64,000 bases of DNA from NCBI GenBank assembly GCA_041178545.1, contig JBEGVB010000062.1:10-64009 (forward strand). Direction: 5' to 3'. Below are positions 18,347 through 27,267 of this stretch, one piece after another. The notes under the pieces are model-generated. The model made no database searches, was not told where the DNA came from, and was given only the letters and a program-made list of their open reading frames with translations. This stretch comes from Planctomycetota bacterium (lineage in GTDB: Bacteria; Planctomycetota; UBA1135; UBA2386). The stretch's first letter is position 1. Each line of letters opens with the position of its first letter. The translations under genes were made by a program, and so were the position numbers.

Positions 18347-19030
18347 TCAGCGCAGGGTGGGCAACCCGAGCACCCGCAGCAGTTCGTCGGGGTCACCGGA
18401 CCAGACCACGTCGGCATGGTGGATGCCGCACCGGGTGTTCTGACGCCACACGAACGGCCAGCCCATCTGCTCGGCCGCATGGTGGTCCGGCTCCCGGTCC
18501 CCCACCATCACGGCCTTGCGCGCGCCCGAGACCTTCTGGGCCTCGAACAGCATGTCTCGCTTGGTCTCGACGTTGGGCGAGTCGAGGCAGAACTGCCAGT
18601 CGGAGATCTCCACCAGACGCTGCCCGTGCTTCATCGCGCCCATGTAGGTGGAGCGGCAGTTGGAGGCGAGCGCCACCTTCACGCCGATCCCGCGCAGGTG
18701 CTGGAGCAGCGGCCGCACGCCCTCGAACAGGTAGTCGGTGCCGCGGCTCACCTCGTCGACCTCCATCGGCACCACCGTCTTGCGCAACTCCGGCCACAGG
18801 TGCTTGTGGCCCTCGGGCAGGAACGGGGCCCACACGCCCTCGTCCTTCATCCCCACCACCGCCTCGGCCTGCTCGTCCGTGGGCACCGGGATCTCGATAC
18901 CTTTCTGCTGCGCAAAGACCTGCAGGCCAGCACGGATGATGGGCGACCACCAGGCAAACGTGTTGTGCAGCGTGCCGTCGATGTCGAAGACGACGAGGTC
19001 GGGCGGGATGTGGGCACTCAGGCGATGCAT
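18347..19030 (-). CDS. HAD-superfamily hydrolase
   Basis: Distal part of ORF 18347..19195. ATG 19030 MHRLSAHIPPDLVVFDIDGTL (DxDGT motif I), ALASNC (motif II), MVGDREPD (motif IV). Confidence 0.8.
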   Translation of the reverse strand: MHRLSAHIPPDLVVFDIDGTLHNTFAWWSPIIRAGLQVFAQQKGIEIPVPTDEQAEAVVGMKDEGVWAPFLPEGHKHLWPELRKTVVPMEVDEVSRGTDYLFEGVRPLLQHLRGIGVKVALASNCRSTYMGAMKHGQRLVEISDWQFCLDSPNVETKRDMLFEAQKVSGARKAVMVGDREPDHHAAEQMGWPFVWRQNTRCGIHHADVVWSGDPDELLRVLGLPTLR

Positions 19031-19037
19031 GGGTGGA

Positions 19038-19361
19038 TCAGGGGAAACGGACCTGGCGGACGCCCATGAGGGTGAACTCCTGCTGGAGCCGGTCCACCTG
19101 TACGCCCAAGTCGACTTCCTCGTCAGGCAGCCGCAGGTGCACCCACAGGTGCGGCGGCGGGTCGGTGCGCATGCGCTGGCGCAGGAGGAGCACACAGCGC
19201 TCGAGCGACATGCGCTGGCCGTCGTAGGTGACGAAGCCGTTGCCGAGGCACCGGACCTCGACGCGCGTGCCCGTGAAGTCGGTGTCGGTCACGACCAGTT
19301 CGTCGCTGGCGCACGCCGCGCAGAGCGCGAGCGGCACGAGGGCAGCGAGTGGCCTCAGCAC
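19038..19361 (-). CDS. small exported/lipoprotein-like protein (weak ExbD/TolR-like C-terminal resemblance)
   Basis: Distal part of ORF 19038..19904. GTG 19361 overlaps the ridA stop (GTGCTGA). N-terminus VLRPLAALVPLALCAACASDE. High G/C3 bias. Confidence 0.5.
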   Translation of the reverse strand: MLRPLAALVPLALCAACASDELVVTDTDFTGTRVEVRCLGNGFVTYDGQRMSLERCVLLLRQRMRTDPPPHLWVHLRLPDEEVDLGVQVDRLQQEFTLMGVRQVRFP

Positions 19362-19756
19362 GCGGCGATCCCCTGCACCTCGATGAGGGCATGCGGGTCG
19401 AACAGCGAGACCACCTGGAACAACGCCATGCCGGGGTAGTGCCTGCCGCAGCGCTGCTTCCAGATCCTGCCGAACTCGCGCCGTGCGACTGCGTAGTCGT
19501 TGCGGCTGGTCACGTAGAAGTTGAGCTGGACCACGTCGGTCCACGCCATGTTGGCGTCGCGCAGGATGCAGCCGATGTTGTCCATGGCGCGTGCGAGCTG
19601 CCCCGTGAGGTCGCCGCGCTCGACGATCGCGCCGGAACGGTCGTAGCCGCACTGGCCGGCGAGGTAGAGCGTGCGGGCCTCGCCGTGCTCGACGAGCCAG
19701 CCGTGGGCGAAACCGATGGGGTCGGCAAGATCCGCGGGATTGACGGGACGCTTCAT
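19355..19756 (-). CDS. ridA: RidA/YjgF-family reactive intermediate deaminase
   Basis: Distal part of ORF 19355..20938. ATG 19756 MKRPVNPADL...YLAGQCG...NFYVTS...ALIEVQGIA, typical YjgF/L-PSP length and motifs. Confidence 0.88.
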   Translation of the reverse strand: MKRPVNPADLADPIGFAHGWLVEHGEARTLYLAGQCGYDRSGAIVERGDLTGQLARAMDNIGCILRDANMAWTDVVQLNFYVTSRNDYAVARREFGRIWKQRCGRHYPGMALFQVVSLFDPHALIEVQGIAAC

Positions 19757-20400
19757 GGGCGGGCGCTGGGTGGCAGTTCGCGCAGGATCGCGCGCACGGG
19801 GCTGCTGTCGCTGCCGACGATGCGGAGCGGCAGCGCGATGAGTTCGTGGTCGCCAGCCGGCACCTGCGACAGGTCGAGGTTCTCGAGGATGGCGATGCCG
19901 CCACTCTTCAGCACGTTGTGGCCCGCGAGGTCCTTGGACCCCGACCAGTCGATGCTGGGCGTGTCGATGCCCACGAGGCGGATGCCGTGGCGCACGAGCA
20001 GTTCGGCAGCCTCGGGGCCGAGCGCGGTGAAGTCCGGGTCCCACGCACGGTGGTCGTGTGTGACCCTGGTGCGGAACAGCATGCGCTCGCAGCCCGCGAG
20101 CAGATCGGGCGTCAGGTCCTCGGCGCGCACCAGCGAAGGCTTGCCGTGGCCGCGCACGTCGACGACGCGGCACCGGCCCATGTAGGCGTCGAGCGGGACG
20201 GAGGCCATGTCGCGACCCTGCGGGTCGTAGTGGAGCGGCGCGTCGGTGTGGGTCCCGAGGTGCACGGACATGCGGATCGTGCTCACGTTGCACGACGCGC
20301 CCTGCTCCATGCGCGCGACCCACTCGGCGCTGAAGGGCGTGTCGCCGGGGAACACCGCGGTCTGCGGCTCGATGGGCTCGCTGACGTCCCAGTACCTCAT
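19753..20400 (-). CDS. kynB: cyclase-family protein / kynurenine formamidase
   Basis: Distal part of ORF 19753..20985. ATG 20400 MRYWDVSEP. Metal motif HLGTHTDAPLH. ATGA overlap with ridA. Confidence 0.82.
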   Translation of the reverse strand: MRYWDVSEPIEPQTAVFPGDTPFSAEWVARMEQGASCNVSTIRMSVHLGTHTDAPLHYDPQGRDMASVPLDAYMGRCRVVDVRGHGKPSLVRAEDLTPDLLAGCERMLFRTRVTHDHRAWDPDFTALGPEAAELLVRHGIRLVGIDTPSIDWSGSKDLAGHNVLKSGGIAILENLDLSQVPAGDHELIALPLRIVGSDSSPVRAILRELPPSARP

Positions 20401-21590
20401 CCCGGCTTCCGCTCCTTGCCCAGCAGCCGCTCGTACTCGCGGTTGTCGAGGATCGACCGGATGCGCGCGACCGCGCTGCGCACCTCGTCCTCCGTGTTGT
20501 AGAAGTGCGGCGCCACGCGCAGGCCCGACTCGGGCCGGAAGTCGACCACGACGTCCTCGGCAGCGAGTACCTGGCAGACCTCGTAGCCGTACGGCACGTC
20601 GAGGGCCACGTGCCCGCCACGCTGGCGCGCGTCGAGCGGCGACTTGATGCCGAGTCCTGCACGCTGCGCCTCGGACACGAGCAGCGTGGTGAGCCGCTGG
20701 CTCTTGGCACGGATCGCGTCGAGGCCGATCTCGGCGATGGCCTTGATCCCCTCGCGGCCGGCGTAGAGCGCGGGCACGTTGGGCGTGCCGGTGGCGAACT
20801 TGCCGCCGTCCTCGCGGAACTGCTGGCCGGCCGTCGAGAAGGCAAACGGCTGCCGGTGCGCGGCCCACCCGGTGAAGGTGGGCGTGAGCCGCTTGCGCTC
20901 GTCCGGGTCCACGTAGAGGAAGCAGTTGCCGGGGCCACCGCACATGTACTTCAGCGCGCCGCCCACGGCAGCATGGACGCCCCACTCGTGCAGCTTGAGC
21001 GGCAGCGTGCCACCGGAGTGGAACACGCCGAGGACGACGAAGGCACCGACGGCGCGGGCCTTGGCCACGACCGCGTGGATGTCGACGACGTACGCGCTGC
21101 GGAAGAGCACGTGGTCCAGCTGGACGACGAGCGTCTCCTCGTCGATGGCGTCCACGAGACGCTGCACGTCCAGCGTGGTGCCGTCCCCGGGCACCCGTAC
21201 CAACCGCGCGCCGCGGCTGGCCTTGGCCTCAACCACGTACTGGTCGCTGGGGAAGTTGCGCTCGCTGTAGACGATCTTGTTCCTGCGCTGCGTGAAGTCG
21301 AAGCAGGACAGCACCATCTCCAGTGCAACGGCCACGTTCTGGTGCATCGCCACCGAACCGGCTGGCACGCCGATCACCCTGGCCACGAGGTCGGCCACCT
21401 GCTCCTGCAGCACCCACCAGCCCTCACCCCAGGCACGTACCCCGCGCGTGTCCCACATGTCGAGGAACTGTCCGACCGACTCACGCGCGGCAGCCGGCAT
21501 GGCGCCCAGCGAGTTGCTGATCAGGTAGTTGGTGCGCTCCGTGATGGGGAAACGCGAGCGCCAGTGGAGGAGCGGGTCGACGGGGTGCAT
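20397..21590 (-). CDS. kynU: kynureninase (PLP-dependent, class V aminotransferase fold)
   Basis: ORF 20397..21590. NYLISNSLGAMP, GALKYMCGGPG (PLP-lysine region), 397 aa. ATGA overlap with kynB. Confidence 0.88.
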   Translation of the reverse strand: MHPVDPLLHWRSRFPITERTNYLISNSLGAMPAAARESVGQFLDMWDTRGVRAWGEGWWVLQEQVADLVARVIGVPAGSVAMHQNVAVALEMVLSCFDFTQRRNKIVYSERNFPSDQYVVEAKASRGARLVRVPGDGTTLDVQRLVDAIDEETLVVQLDHVLFRSAYVVDIHAVVAKARAVGAFVVLGVFHSGGTLPLKLHEWGVHAAVGGALKYMCGGPGNCFLYVDPDERKRLTPTFTGWAAHRQPFAFSTAGQQFREDGGKFATGTPNVPALYAGREGIKAIAEIGLDAIRAKSQRLTTLLVSEAQRAGLGIKSPLDARQRGGHVALDVPYGYEVCQVLAAEDVVVDFRPESGLRVAPHFYNTEDEVRSAVARIRSILDNREYERLLGKERKPG

Positions 21591-21610
21591 GGGCTGCCGG
21601 GGCAGCCGTT

Positions 21611-23314
21611 CTAAGCCTGCGAGCCGAAGAAATCACGCCGCACGGTGCGCAGCAGACCAGGGTCTGCGCCCAGGCGCTCGGCGTCGAGCAGGTGCTGCTC
21701 ACCTTGGTCGTGGCGCCCTTCCATCGCGCACGCCTGCGCGAGGTGGAGCAGGATCGACGGGTTCGCGGGCGCGAGCTGCCGCGCGCGGTCGAGGCACTTG
21801 AGCCCTTCGGGAGCGCGGCCCTTGCACAACAACAGCACGCCCAGACGGTTGTGCGCCTCGGCGAGGCCGGGCTGCAGGCTCACGGCGCGACGCAGGGACC
21901 GCTCTGCTCGCCAGTGCTGCCCCATGCGGTGGCGCATGACGCCAAGCAGGAGCCAGCTCTCGGCGCAGTCACCGCGGTCGCGCACGAGACGTCGGGCGCG
22001 CTGGAGTGCGCCTGTCCGGTCGCCGGCAAGAAAGGCCGTCTCCACCTCCTGCAGCGTGGTGAGGAGGTCCGGGGCACGGGCGACCCCCAGCAACCGCTCG
22101 GCCTCGCGCTGCACCTCGGGTGCAGGTCCTAGCGCCATCAGGCGCTCGATCGAACCGATCGCGGAGGCAGCATCGCCGGTGCGCAGCTGGCCGCGCGCAC
22201 GCTCGAGCCAGAGCGTGGTGTTGTTCGGCTCCAGCTCGAGCGCACGGGTCGAGAGCTCGAGCGCGGACTCGGTGCGGCCGACCTCGAACAGGTAGGCGAT
22301 GAGCACGCGTGCGACGATGGGCTCGGTGGCGCCGCGCACGAGCAGTTCCTCGCACAGCTCGGCACGCAAGGCAGTGTTGCCCATGCGGTCCGCGACCGCT
22401 GCGGCCTGTGCCAGGGCACGGTCGCTCGCGAACCCGCAGGCTCGCACGGCCATCAGCAGGCTGGCAGCCTGGTCGTAGCGCCGCTGACGGTAGAGCAGTC
22501 CTGCCGTGCGCTCGACGAGGGCAGGGTCCTGCGGCATCGCATGTGCGGCACGGAGCAGCAGGTCGGCACCGTGCTCCTGGTCGCCGGCACCGATGGCAAG
22601 TTCGCCTGCCTTGCGGTGGAAGTCGGCTGGCACTTCCGCTGCGTTGGCGAGCTGGGCGAGCAGGGCGCCGATCGGCGCAGGACGCTCCCCGGCGCGCAGC
22701 AGGTTGATGCCGTGGTCGAGTGCGAGCTGGCGGACCTCGGGAGCGTGCGGTGCGCGCGCCACGCACTCACGCACCACGCGCAACAGGTCGCCGTGTGCAG
22801 GCATGAGGTTGGCCTCGAGGGCCAGCACCTCGTCGCGACCGACGATCCACCACGACAACGCCTCACCCTCGAGCGATGGCAGCGGCGCGGGAGCGCCCTC
22901 CAGGCCGAGCAGGCCCATCACCTCGAACTGCCACCGACGCAGCACGGCAAGCGGGTCCCGCGGGTCGAACGGCAGGTCGAGGCAGAGCAGTTCGGCAAGG
23001 TCCGCGGCACGGTGGGCGCGCAGCCGGATGCCGTCGGCACGGATCCAGCCGTCGACCAGCAGGCCCACGTCTTGCTGGCGGTGGACGACAGCGAGCGTGG
23101 CGGGCGGCAGCGGCTCGGTGGCGCGCAGGAAGCCACGACGGCCCTCGTGGGTGCCGAGCAGTGGGAAGAACCTCAGGCCTCGGTCGCCGTCGCGGTTGAG
23201 CAGCTGCACGAGCAGACGGGGCAACTGGCGGCCAAGGGCCTCCCATGCTGCAGCACCCGGCACGGGCGGCAGGCCCTCGGCCATGGCAAACGCGAAGACG
23301 ACGGCAAGTCCCAT
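21611..23314 (-). CDS. TPR-repeat protein with N-terminal non-TPR domain
   Basis: Distal part of ORF 21611..24928. ATG 23314 (MGLAVVFAFAMAEG) overlaps the upstream stop (TGATG). C-terminal two thirds are TPR-like (ESWLLLGVMRHRMGQHWRAERSLRRAVSLQPGLAEAHNRLGVLL). Confidence 0.8.
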   Translation of the reverse strand: MGLAVVFAFAMAEGLPPVPGAAAWEALGRQLPRLLVQLLNRDGDRGLRFFPLLGTHEGRRGFLRATEPLPPATLAVVHRQQDVGLLVDGWIRADGIRLRAHRAADLAELLCLDLPFDPRDPLAVLRRWQFEVMGLLGLEGAPAPLPSLEGEALSWWIVGRDEVLALEANLMPAHGDLLRVVRECVARAPHAPEVRQLALDHGINLLRAGERPAPIGALLAQLANAAEVPADFHRKAGELAIGAGDQEHGADLLLRAAHAMPQDPALVERTAGLLYRQRRYDQAASLLMAVRACGFASDRALAQAAAVADRMGNTALRAELCEELLVRGATEPIVARVLIAYLFEVGRTESALELSTRALELEPNNTTLWLERARGQLRTGDAASAIGSIERLMALGPAPEVQREAERLLGVARAPDLLTTLQEVETAFLAGDRTGALQRARRLVRDRGDCAESWLLLGVMRHRMGQHWRAERSLRRAVSLQPGLAEAHNRLGVLLLCKGRAPEGLKCLDRARQLAPANPSILLHLAQACAMEGRHDQGEQHLLDAERLGADPGLLRTVRRDFFGSQA

Positions 23315-25377
23315 CAGCGCGTCCTGGCCGCGGACCGGTCCAACAGGACCTGCAGCCAGGGGTCGGATCCGGCTGCAGCACGGGTGCGGGGAGAGGATCC
23401 CGCTGGCAGCAGACGGAGCTCCAGCCAGTCGGCGCGGCGACGCAGCAGTTCGGCTGCATCGCCTTCGGCGAGTTCGGCTGCGATCGTGAAGGCTCCCGAC
23501 ACCATGCGGTGGACGAGACGCTGGGTCCCGGCGTCCGTTGCCATGGTGTATCGGCTCGCGTCGAGGGCGCTCACGAAGTGGCAGGGGCCCTCCCCCTCGC
23601 GCCAGCAGGTCCGGGCCATGGCATCGGCCACTCGGAGCACCGCCGCGCGCACGGATTCGTTGCCGGTCTGCGCATGCAGGGCCGCTAGCCCACGGACGAG
23701 GGCTGCCATCTGCCACGGCGCGTCCCAGGGCTGGTCCGCGAACGCGTGCGGGTGCGGCGGCTGGGCGATCGGCACCTGGCCGCCGTCGCGGAACAGCATC
23801 GGCAGGGTCACCTGCAGCGCGTGGTCCAGCACGCGCTGCTCGAGGGCGCGGTCGCCAGTGGCGCGCGCCACCAGCGCACCGGACTGCAGGCACCAGCCCT
23901 CGCCGCGGCTGGTCCGCAACGGCTGCGCGGGCAGGACCGCCAGCAGTCCACGGCCGAGCCGTGCGAGTTCGGCGCGCGCGAGCGGGTCGCCGGTGAGCCA
24001 GTACCAGTCGTACAAGAGCAGCACGCTGAAGTGCTCGTAGTCCTCGGCAACGAAGCCGTGCGGCGCGGCACGCGCCAGCACGCCGAGGCCACGGCGCCAC
24101 TCCTCGGCGAGGGCCATGGGCCGTTGCGCAACCGTGGGTGTCGGGCGCAGCGGGTGCTGGAGCACCATCGCCTCTGCTGCCTCCGCCAGCCGCGGGCTCT
24201 GCCAGCGCAGCACCTCGTGCAGCATCGAGTCCCCGTTGCGCGGCGTGCCGCCTGCAGCCGCATCCTGTGGGTCCCCGAACGAGCCAAACGGCCCCGTGCG
24301 CGCGCGCGCCCGCCACACGGACCAGCGCTCGCCACTCGCGTCCGGCTCGCTCTCCGTGCGCGGGGACGGACCGCCGTGGATGCCGAAGGCCCGCGTCGCG
24401 CGCACCCGGTCCAGGTCGGCGAACGCGTGCAGGCGCACCGCCTCCCACACCGCAGGCGGGTCGACCGCAGGCGCTTCGCCGTCTGCAGCCGCATCCATCC
24501 TGCGCAGCTGGAACCGGAAGGCCTTTGCCGTCCCGTCGCCGAGGTGGAGCGAGCGACCGGGCCCCAGCAGCGGCTGTCGGAAGCCGCGGTCGCCCAGCAG
24601 GGTCGGTTCGACGAGCAACTGCTCGCGGGCGAACAACGGGTAGGCGGCGAGGTCGGGTGCGTCGACGACGAGGCTGAAGCTGCCGAAACGCACCGGCCCG
24701 AGCGTCGGGCCGGGGAGTTCGGCGTTGTCGAGCAGCAGCGTGAGTTCGCCGCGCGGCTCGCCGTCGAACGTCGTGAGCCACGCGCGCAGGCCCAGCAAGG
24801 TGGAGCCGTCGGGTAGTGCGTGCAGCGAACGGAAGCGGCGCGTGCGCACCAGGCCGGTGTCCAGCTCGACCCCGTCGGGTCCGGCAGCGGGGTCGGGGAC
24901 GAGCGCAGCCGTGAAGGTGCGGCCCCACGGGTCGACGAGTTCGGTGTGCAGCGGCAGGGTCTGGTGCAGGCCACTGGCGTGCGGCTGCCGCAGGGTCTCG
25001 ACCTCGAGGGCCGGGCGGGCGAGGCCCTGCTCTCCCAGCTGCGCGCGCACGACCACGGCATGGCTCGCCATCGGGTCGACCGTGGTGCGGAAGTGCGCCT
25101 GCAGGACGGCCACCGAGCCGTCGGGCCAGCGCACGAGCACGGCAGCGGGCGCGGGCACCGCAGCGGCTCCCTCGCCCACGGTGACGGCGAGGACGGGTTG
25201 ACGCCCGTCCGCGGCCGGGGCGCAGGGCAGCTCGCCGCGTGCGAACGGCACCGAGGCCGTGACCACCGCACTGCGCACCACGGGAGTCGGGTTGACCACC
25301 GTGACCTTGCAGGGCGCCGTGTGCGCGGGCTCCTGCGGAGCGAGCACGGCGAGCAGCAGCGACGCGAGGACGGGCAT
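23314..25377 (-). CDS. large secreted protein of unknown function
   Basis: ORF 23314..25377, ATG start. Signal peptide MPVLASLLLAVLAPQEPAHT. 687 aa, coding-like codon bias. The C-terminal half is helical-repeat-like (DYEHFSVLLLYDWYWLTGDPLA). No family recognised. Confidence 0.75.
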   Translation of the reverse strand: MPVLASLLLAVLAPQEPAHTAPCKVTVVNPTPVVRSAVVTASVPFARGELPCAPAADGRQPVLAVTVGEGAAAVPAPAAVLVRWPDGSVAVLQAHFRTTVDPMASHAVVVRAQLGEQGLARPALEVETLRQPHASGLHQTLPLHTELVDPWGRTFTAALVPDPAAGPDGVELDTGLVRTRRFRSLHALPDGSTLLGLRAWLTTFDGEPRGELTLLLDNAELPGPTLGPVRFGSFSLVVDAPDLAAYPLFAREQLLVEPTLLGDRGFRQPLLGPGRSLHLGDGTAKAFRFQLRRMDAAADGEAPAVDPPAVWEAVRLHAFADLDRVRATRAFGIHGGPSPRTESEPDASGERWSVWRARARTGPFGSFGDPQDAAAGGTPRNGDSMLHEVLRWQSPRLAEAAEAMVLQHPLRPTPTVAQRPMALAEEWRRGLGVLARAAPHGFVAEDYEHFSVLLLYDWYWLTGDPLARAELARLGRGLLAVLPAQPLRTSRGEGWCLQSGALVARATGDRALEQRVLDHALQVTLPMLFRDGGQVPIAQPPHPHAFADQPWDAPWQMAALVRGLAALHAQTGNESVRAAVLRVADAMARTCWREGEGPCHFVSALDASRYTMATDAGTQRLVHRMVSGAFTIAAELAEGDAAELLRRRADWLELRLLPAGSSPRTRAAAGSDPWLQVLLDRSAARTR

Positions 25378-25416
25378 CCCCCGTCAGGATAGGGTCACGG
25401 CACAGCGGGCCCGAGA

Positions 25417-25442
25417 CTGCAGTCGCATTCCCGCGACTGCAG
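25417..25442 (-). terminator. 10-bp stem-loop just downstream of the 25449..25901 gene
   Basis: ctgcagtcgc-attccc-gcgactgcag. Confidence 0.4.
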
Positions 25443-25448
25443 CACGCA

Positions 25449-25901
25449 CTACGGAGGGATCACCTCGGTGGGCGGGGTGGAGCTCGGTCCCTGCGTCGGC
25501 GGGGTCGGCTGCGTCGACTTGGGTGGCGTGGTCTCGTACGACTCGGGCTTGCCGTCGGTACCGGGGAACTGGACCCGCACCAGGTCCGGCTGCGTCTTGG
25601 ACCCCGACAGCGTGCGCCATGCCGCCTGGCCCGCGATGCGCGCGAGGCGCGGCCTCGGCTTGCCTTCCTTCGCATCGAGCTTGACGACCACGATGCGCTT
25701 GCCGTCCACCTCCTGCTGCTCGACCACGGCAGGCGTGGTCAGCTCCTTCTCGATGAGGAGGTTGATCTCGTTGCGGATCGGGTCGAGGGCAGACTTCGAC
25801 TGCTGCTGGACCTTCACCAGGCTCTGCATCATCCAGCCGAGCACGAGCACGGCAGCGAATCCGATCGCGGAGATCACGTAAATGGACTTGGGCACAGCCA
25901 T
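25449..25901 (-). CDS. N-terminally membrane-anchored protein with Pro/Thr-rich tail
   Basis: Distal part of ORF 25449..26669. ATG 25901 MAVPKSIYVISAIGFAAVLVLGWMM. C-terminal tail TPPKSTQPTPPTQGPSSTPPTEVIPP. Confidence 0.65.
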   Translation of the reverse strand: MAVPKSIYVISAIGFAAVLVLGWMMQSLVKVQQQSKSALDPIRNEINLLIEKELTTPAVVEQQEVDGKRIVVVKLDAKEGKPRPRLARIAGQAAWRTLSGSKTQPDLVRVQFPGTDGKPESYETTPPKSTQPTPPTQGPSSTPPTEVIPP

Positions 25902-26078
25902 GGATCGGAAGGTTCCTCCACCTGCCTGAAACGCAAAAGCCCCTGCCATCGGCGCCACGCTCCCCGTGCGACAACGGTCCGATGGCTCCGCAATTTTCCT
26001 TGCAGGTGGTTGCCAAGCACTGTTCCCGTGATTACGGAAGGACCTCTCGCCTCCAAGAGCCACCAAGCAACTCCAGCA

Positions 26079-26426
26079 ATGGGCAAAATCGTCAAGTGCC
26101 GGGAATGCGGCAAGGTCTACCGGGAGCTCGACGAGCTCGAGGACCTGCGTGACAACGACAGCACCTGCCTCGCGTGCAACAACGTGATCGAGGTGGCGGA
26201 CTGGGACCGGATCCTCGCGTCCTTCGAGGACGAGGACGAGGCCGAGACCGATGAGGACGAGGACGACTGGGACGAGGACGAAGAGGAGTCCGACGAGGAA
26301 GGCGACGAGGAGGATGACCTCGACGACGACGAAGAACTCGACGAAGACCCCGACGAGGACGAGGAAGACGAGGACGACGACGACGACGACGAGGAGGAGG
26401 ACGAAGAAGAGGACGAAGACGACTAG
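26079..26426 (+). CDS. zinc-ribbon protein with extreme poly-Asp/Glu C-terminal tail
   Basis: Distal part of ORF 26010..26426. ATG 26079 MGKIVKCRECGKVY...STCLACNN (CxxC-N19-CxxC). Residues 50-115 are 58/66 Asp or Glu. G/C3-biased codons. Confidence 0.75.
   Translation: MGKIVKCRECGKVYRELDELEDLRDNDSTCLACNNVIEVADWDRILASFEDEDEAETDEDEDDWDEDEEESDEEGDEEDDLDDDEELDEDPDEDEEDEDDDDDDEEEDEEEDEDD
26226..26423 (+). repeat. GAC/GAG/GAA-rich low-complexity coding tract (poly-Asp/Glu tail), incl. (GAC)6
   Basis: Direct reading: gaggacgaggacgaggcc...gacgacgacgacgacgacgaggaggaggac. Confidence 0.9.
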
Positions 26427-26775
26427 TCGACTCCTCGGGCCGCTCCCCTGACCGCGGCCCAATCGTCCCGCCCACAGCCCACCGCCCGCTCCAGGGCCCC
26501 TACCGCTCCTCGCCTCGGTCCACTTCCCGCTGCACCCCAGCCCGTCGCAGCGTCCGGATGGCCCCCTCCCGCGATGCCGCGCCAATCTGGCAGGGTCGCG
26601 GTCCCCTTCCGCTGCCAGTGTGGCAGGATTGCCGCCCTGACCTCCCTGGGGTGCGCGCGTGCAAGCCATTCATTCAAAGGCACTTCCGGCGATGCCATCC
26701 GTTCGGCACAGGCCTTGCTCTCGCGCGCGCCTTTGCGTCGGCACGGTGCCGACGGACTGACCCACGCATCCGCTG

Positions 26776-27183
26776 ATGCACAACTCGTTCCGCATCCTGC
26801 TGGTGGAAGACGACGACGCCCTGCGCGCGAGCCTCTGCGAGTTCCTCGCGGGCCACGGCTGGAACGTCTCCGACACCGCCTTCGGGAACGAGGCCATCCA
26901 GATGGCCATGCAGCAGCGGTTCGACTTCTCGATCCTCGACTTCCACCTGCCGGGCATGACCGGCGTGGACGTGGTGCGCGCCATCCGGGCCATCCGCCCG
27001 ATGCCCGCCATCATGATGTCGGGCCAAGCGACCCACCAGGAGAGCCACCTCGCCATCCAGGCGGGCGTGTTCACCTTCCTGCCCAAGCCGCTGGACCTCG
27101 GGAGACTGCGCCAGTCCGTCGACCAGCTGATCCACCACCACTTCGGTGGCCCACTCGGGCACCCGAGGCACCCCTTCCGCTGA
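26776..27183 (+). CDS. single-domain (CheY-like) response regulator
   Basis: ORF 26776..27183. Canonical receiver: ILLVEDDD, ILDFHLPGMTG, IMMSG, LPKPLD. No output domain and no kinase nearby. Confidence 0.9.
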   Translation: MHNSFRILLVEDDDALRASLCEFLAGHGWNVSDTAFGNEAIQMAMQQRFDFSILDFHLPGMTGVDVVRAIRAIRPMPAIMMSGQATHQESHLAIQAGVFTFLPKPLDLGRLRQSVDQLIHHHFGGPLGHPRHPFR

Positions 27184-27230
27184 GTCGCGCCCCCGTGGCG
27201 CGGAGCAGCACGTCCTCCGTTCCCACTTCC

Positions 27231-27260
27231 CCCTTCTTCCCGTTTTCACCCCCCCCAACT
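27231..27260 (+). promoter_or_regulatory. weak sigma32-like heat-shock promoter candidate upstream of groES
   Basis: cccttctt-N14-ccccaact versus CCCTTGAA-N13-17-CCCCATNT. It is embedded in a C/T-rich tract, so a chance match is plausible. No CIRCE element is seen. Confidence 0.2.
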
Positions 27261-27267
27261 CAATCCC

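Noticed and set aside
21611-24928. 1105-aa ORF suggesting one giant protein
   Set aside because: Only the distal 567 aa (from ATG 23314) look like protein (TPR repeats). The upstream 538 codons overlap the real 687-aa gene in another frame and translate to Arg/Pro/Ala junk.
25902-26669. Hydrophobic V/L/F-rich segment in the 406-aa ORF 25449..26669 that looks like a multi-TM protein
   Set aside because: It is the antisense reading of the GAC/GAG/GAA acid-tail codons (GTC/CTC/TTC). The real gene in that ORF starts at ATG 25901.
26423-26698. 91-aa minus-strand ORF in the long intergenic region, ending in the same CTAG palindrome as the acidic-protein gene
   Set aside because: About 30% of its codons end in A/T (gga, cga, gta, agt, aat), against about 5% in neighbouring real genes. 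No motifs. Treated as non-coding.
27184-27267. Looked for a CIRCE/HrcA operator upstream of groES
   Set aside because: No TTAGCACTC-N9-GAGTGCTAA-like inverted repeat is present. The region is a pyrimidine tract.
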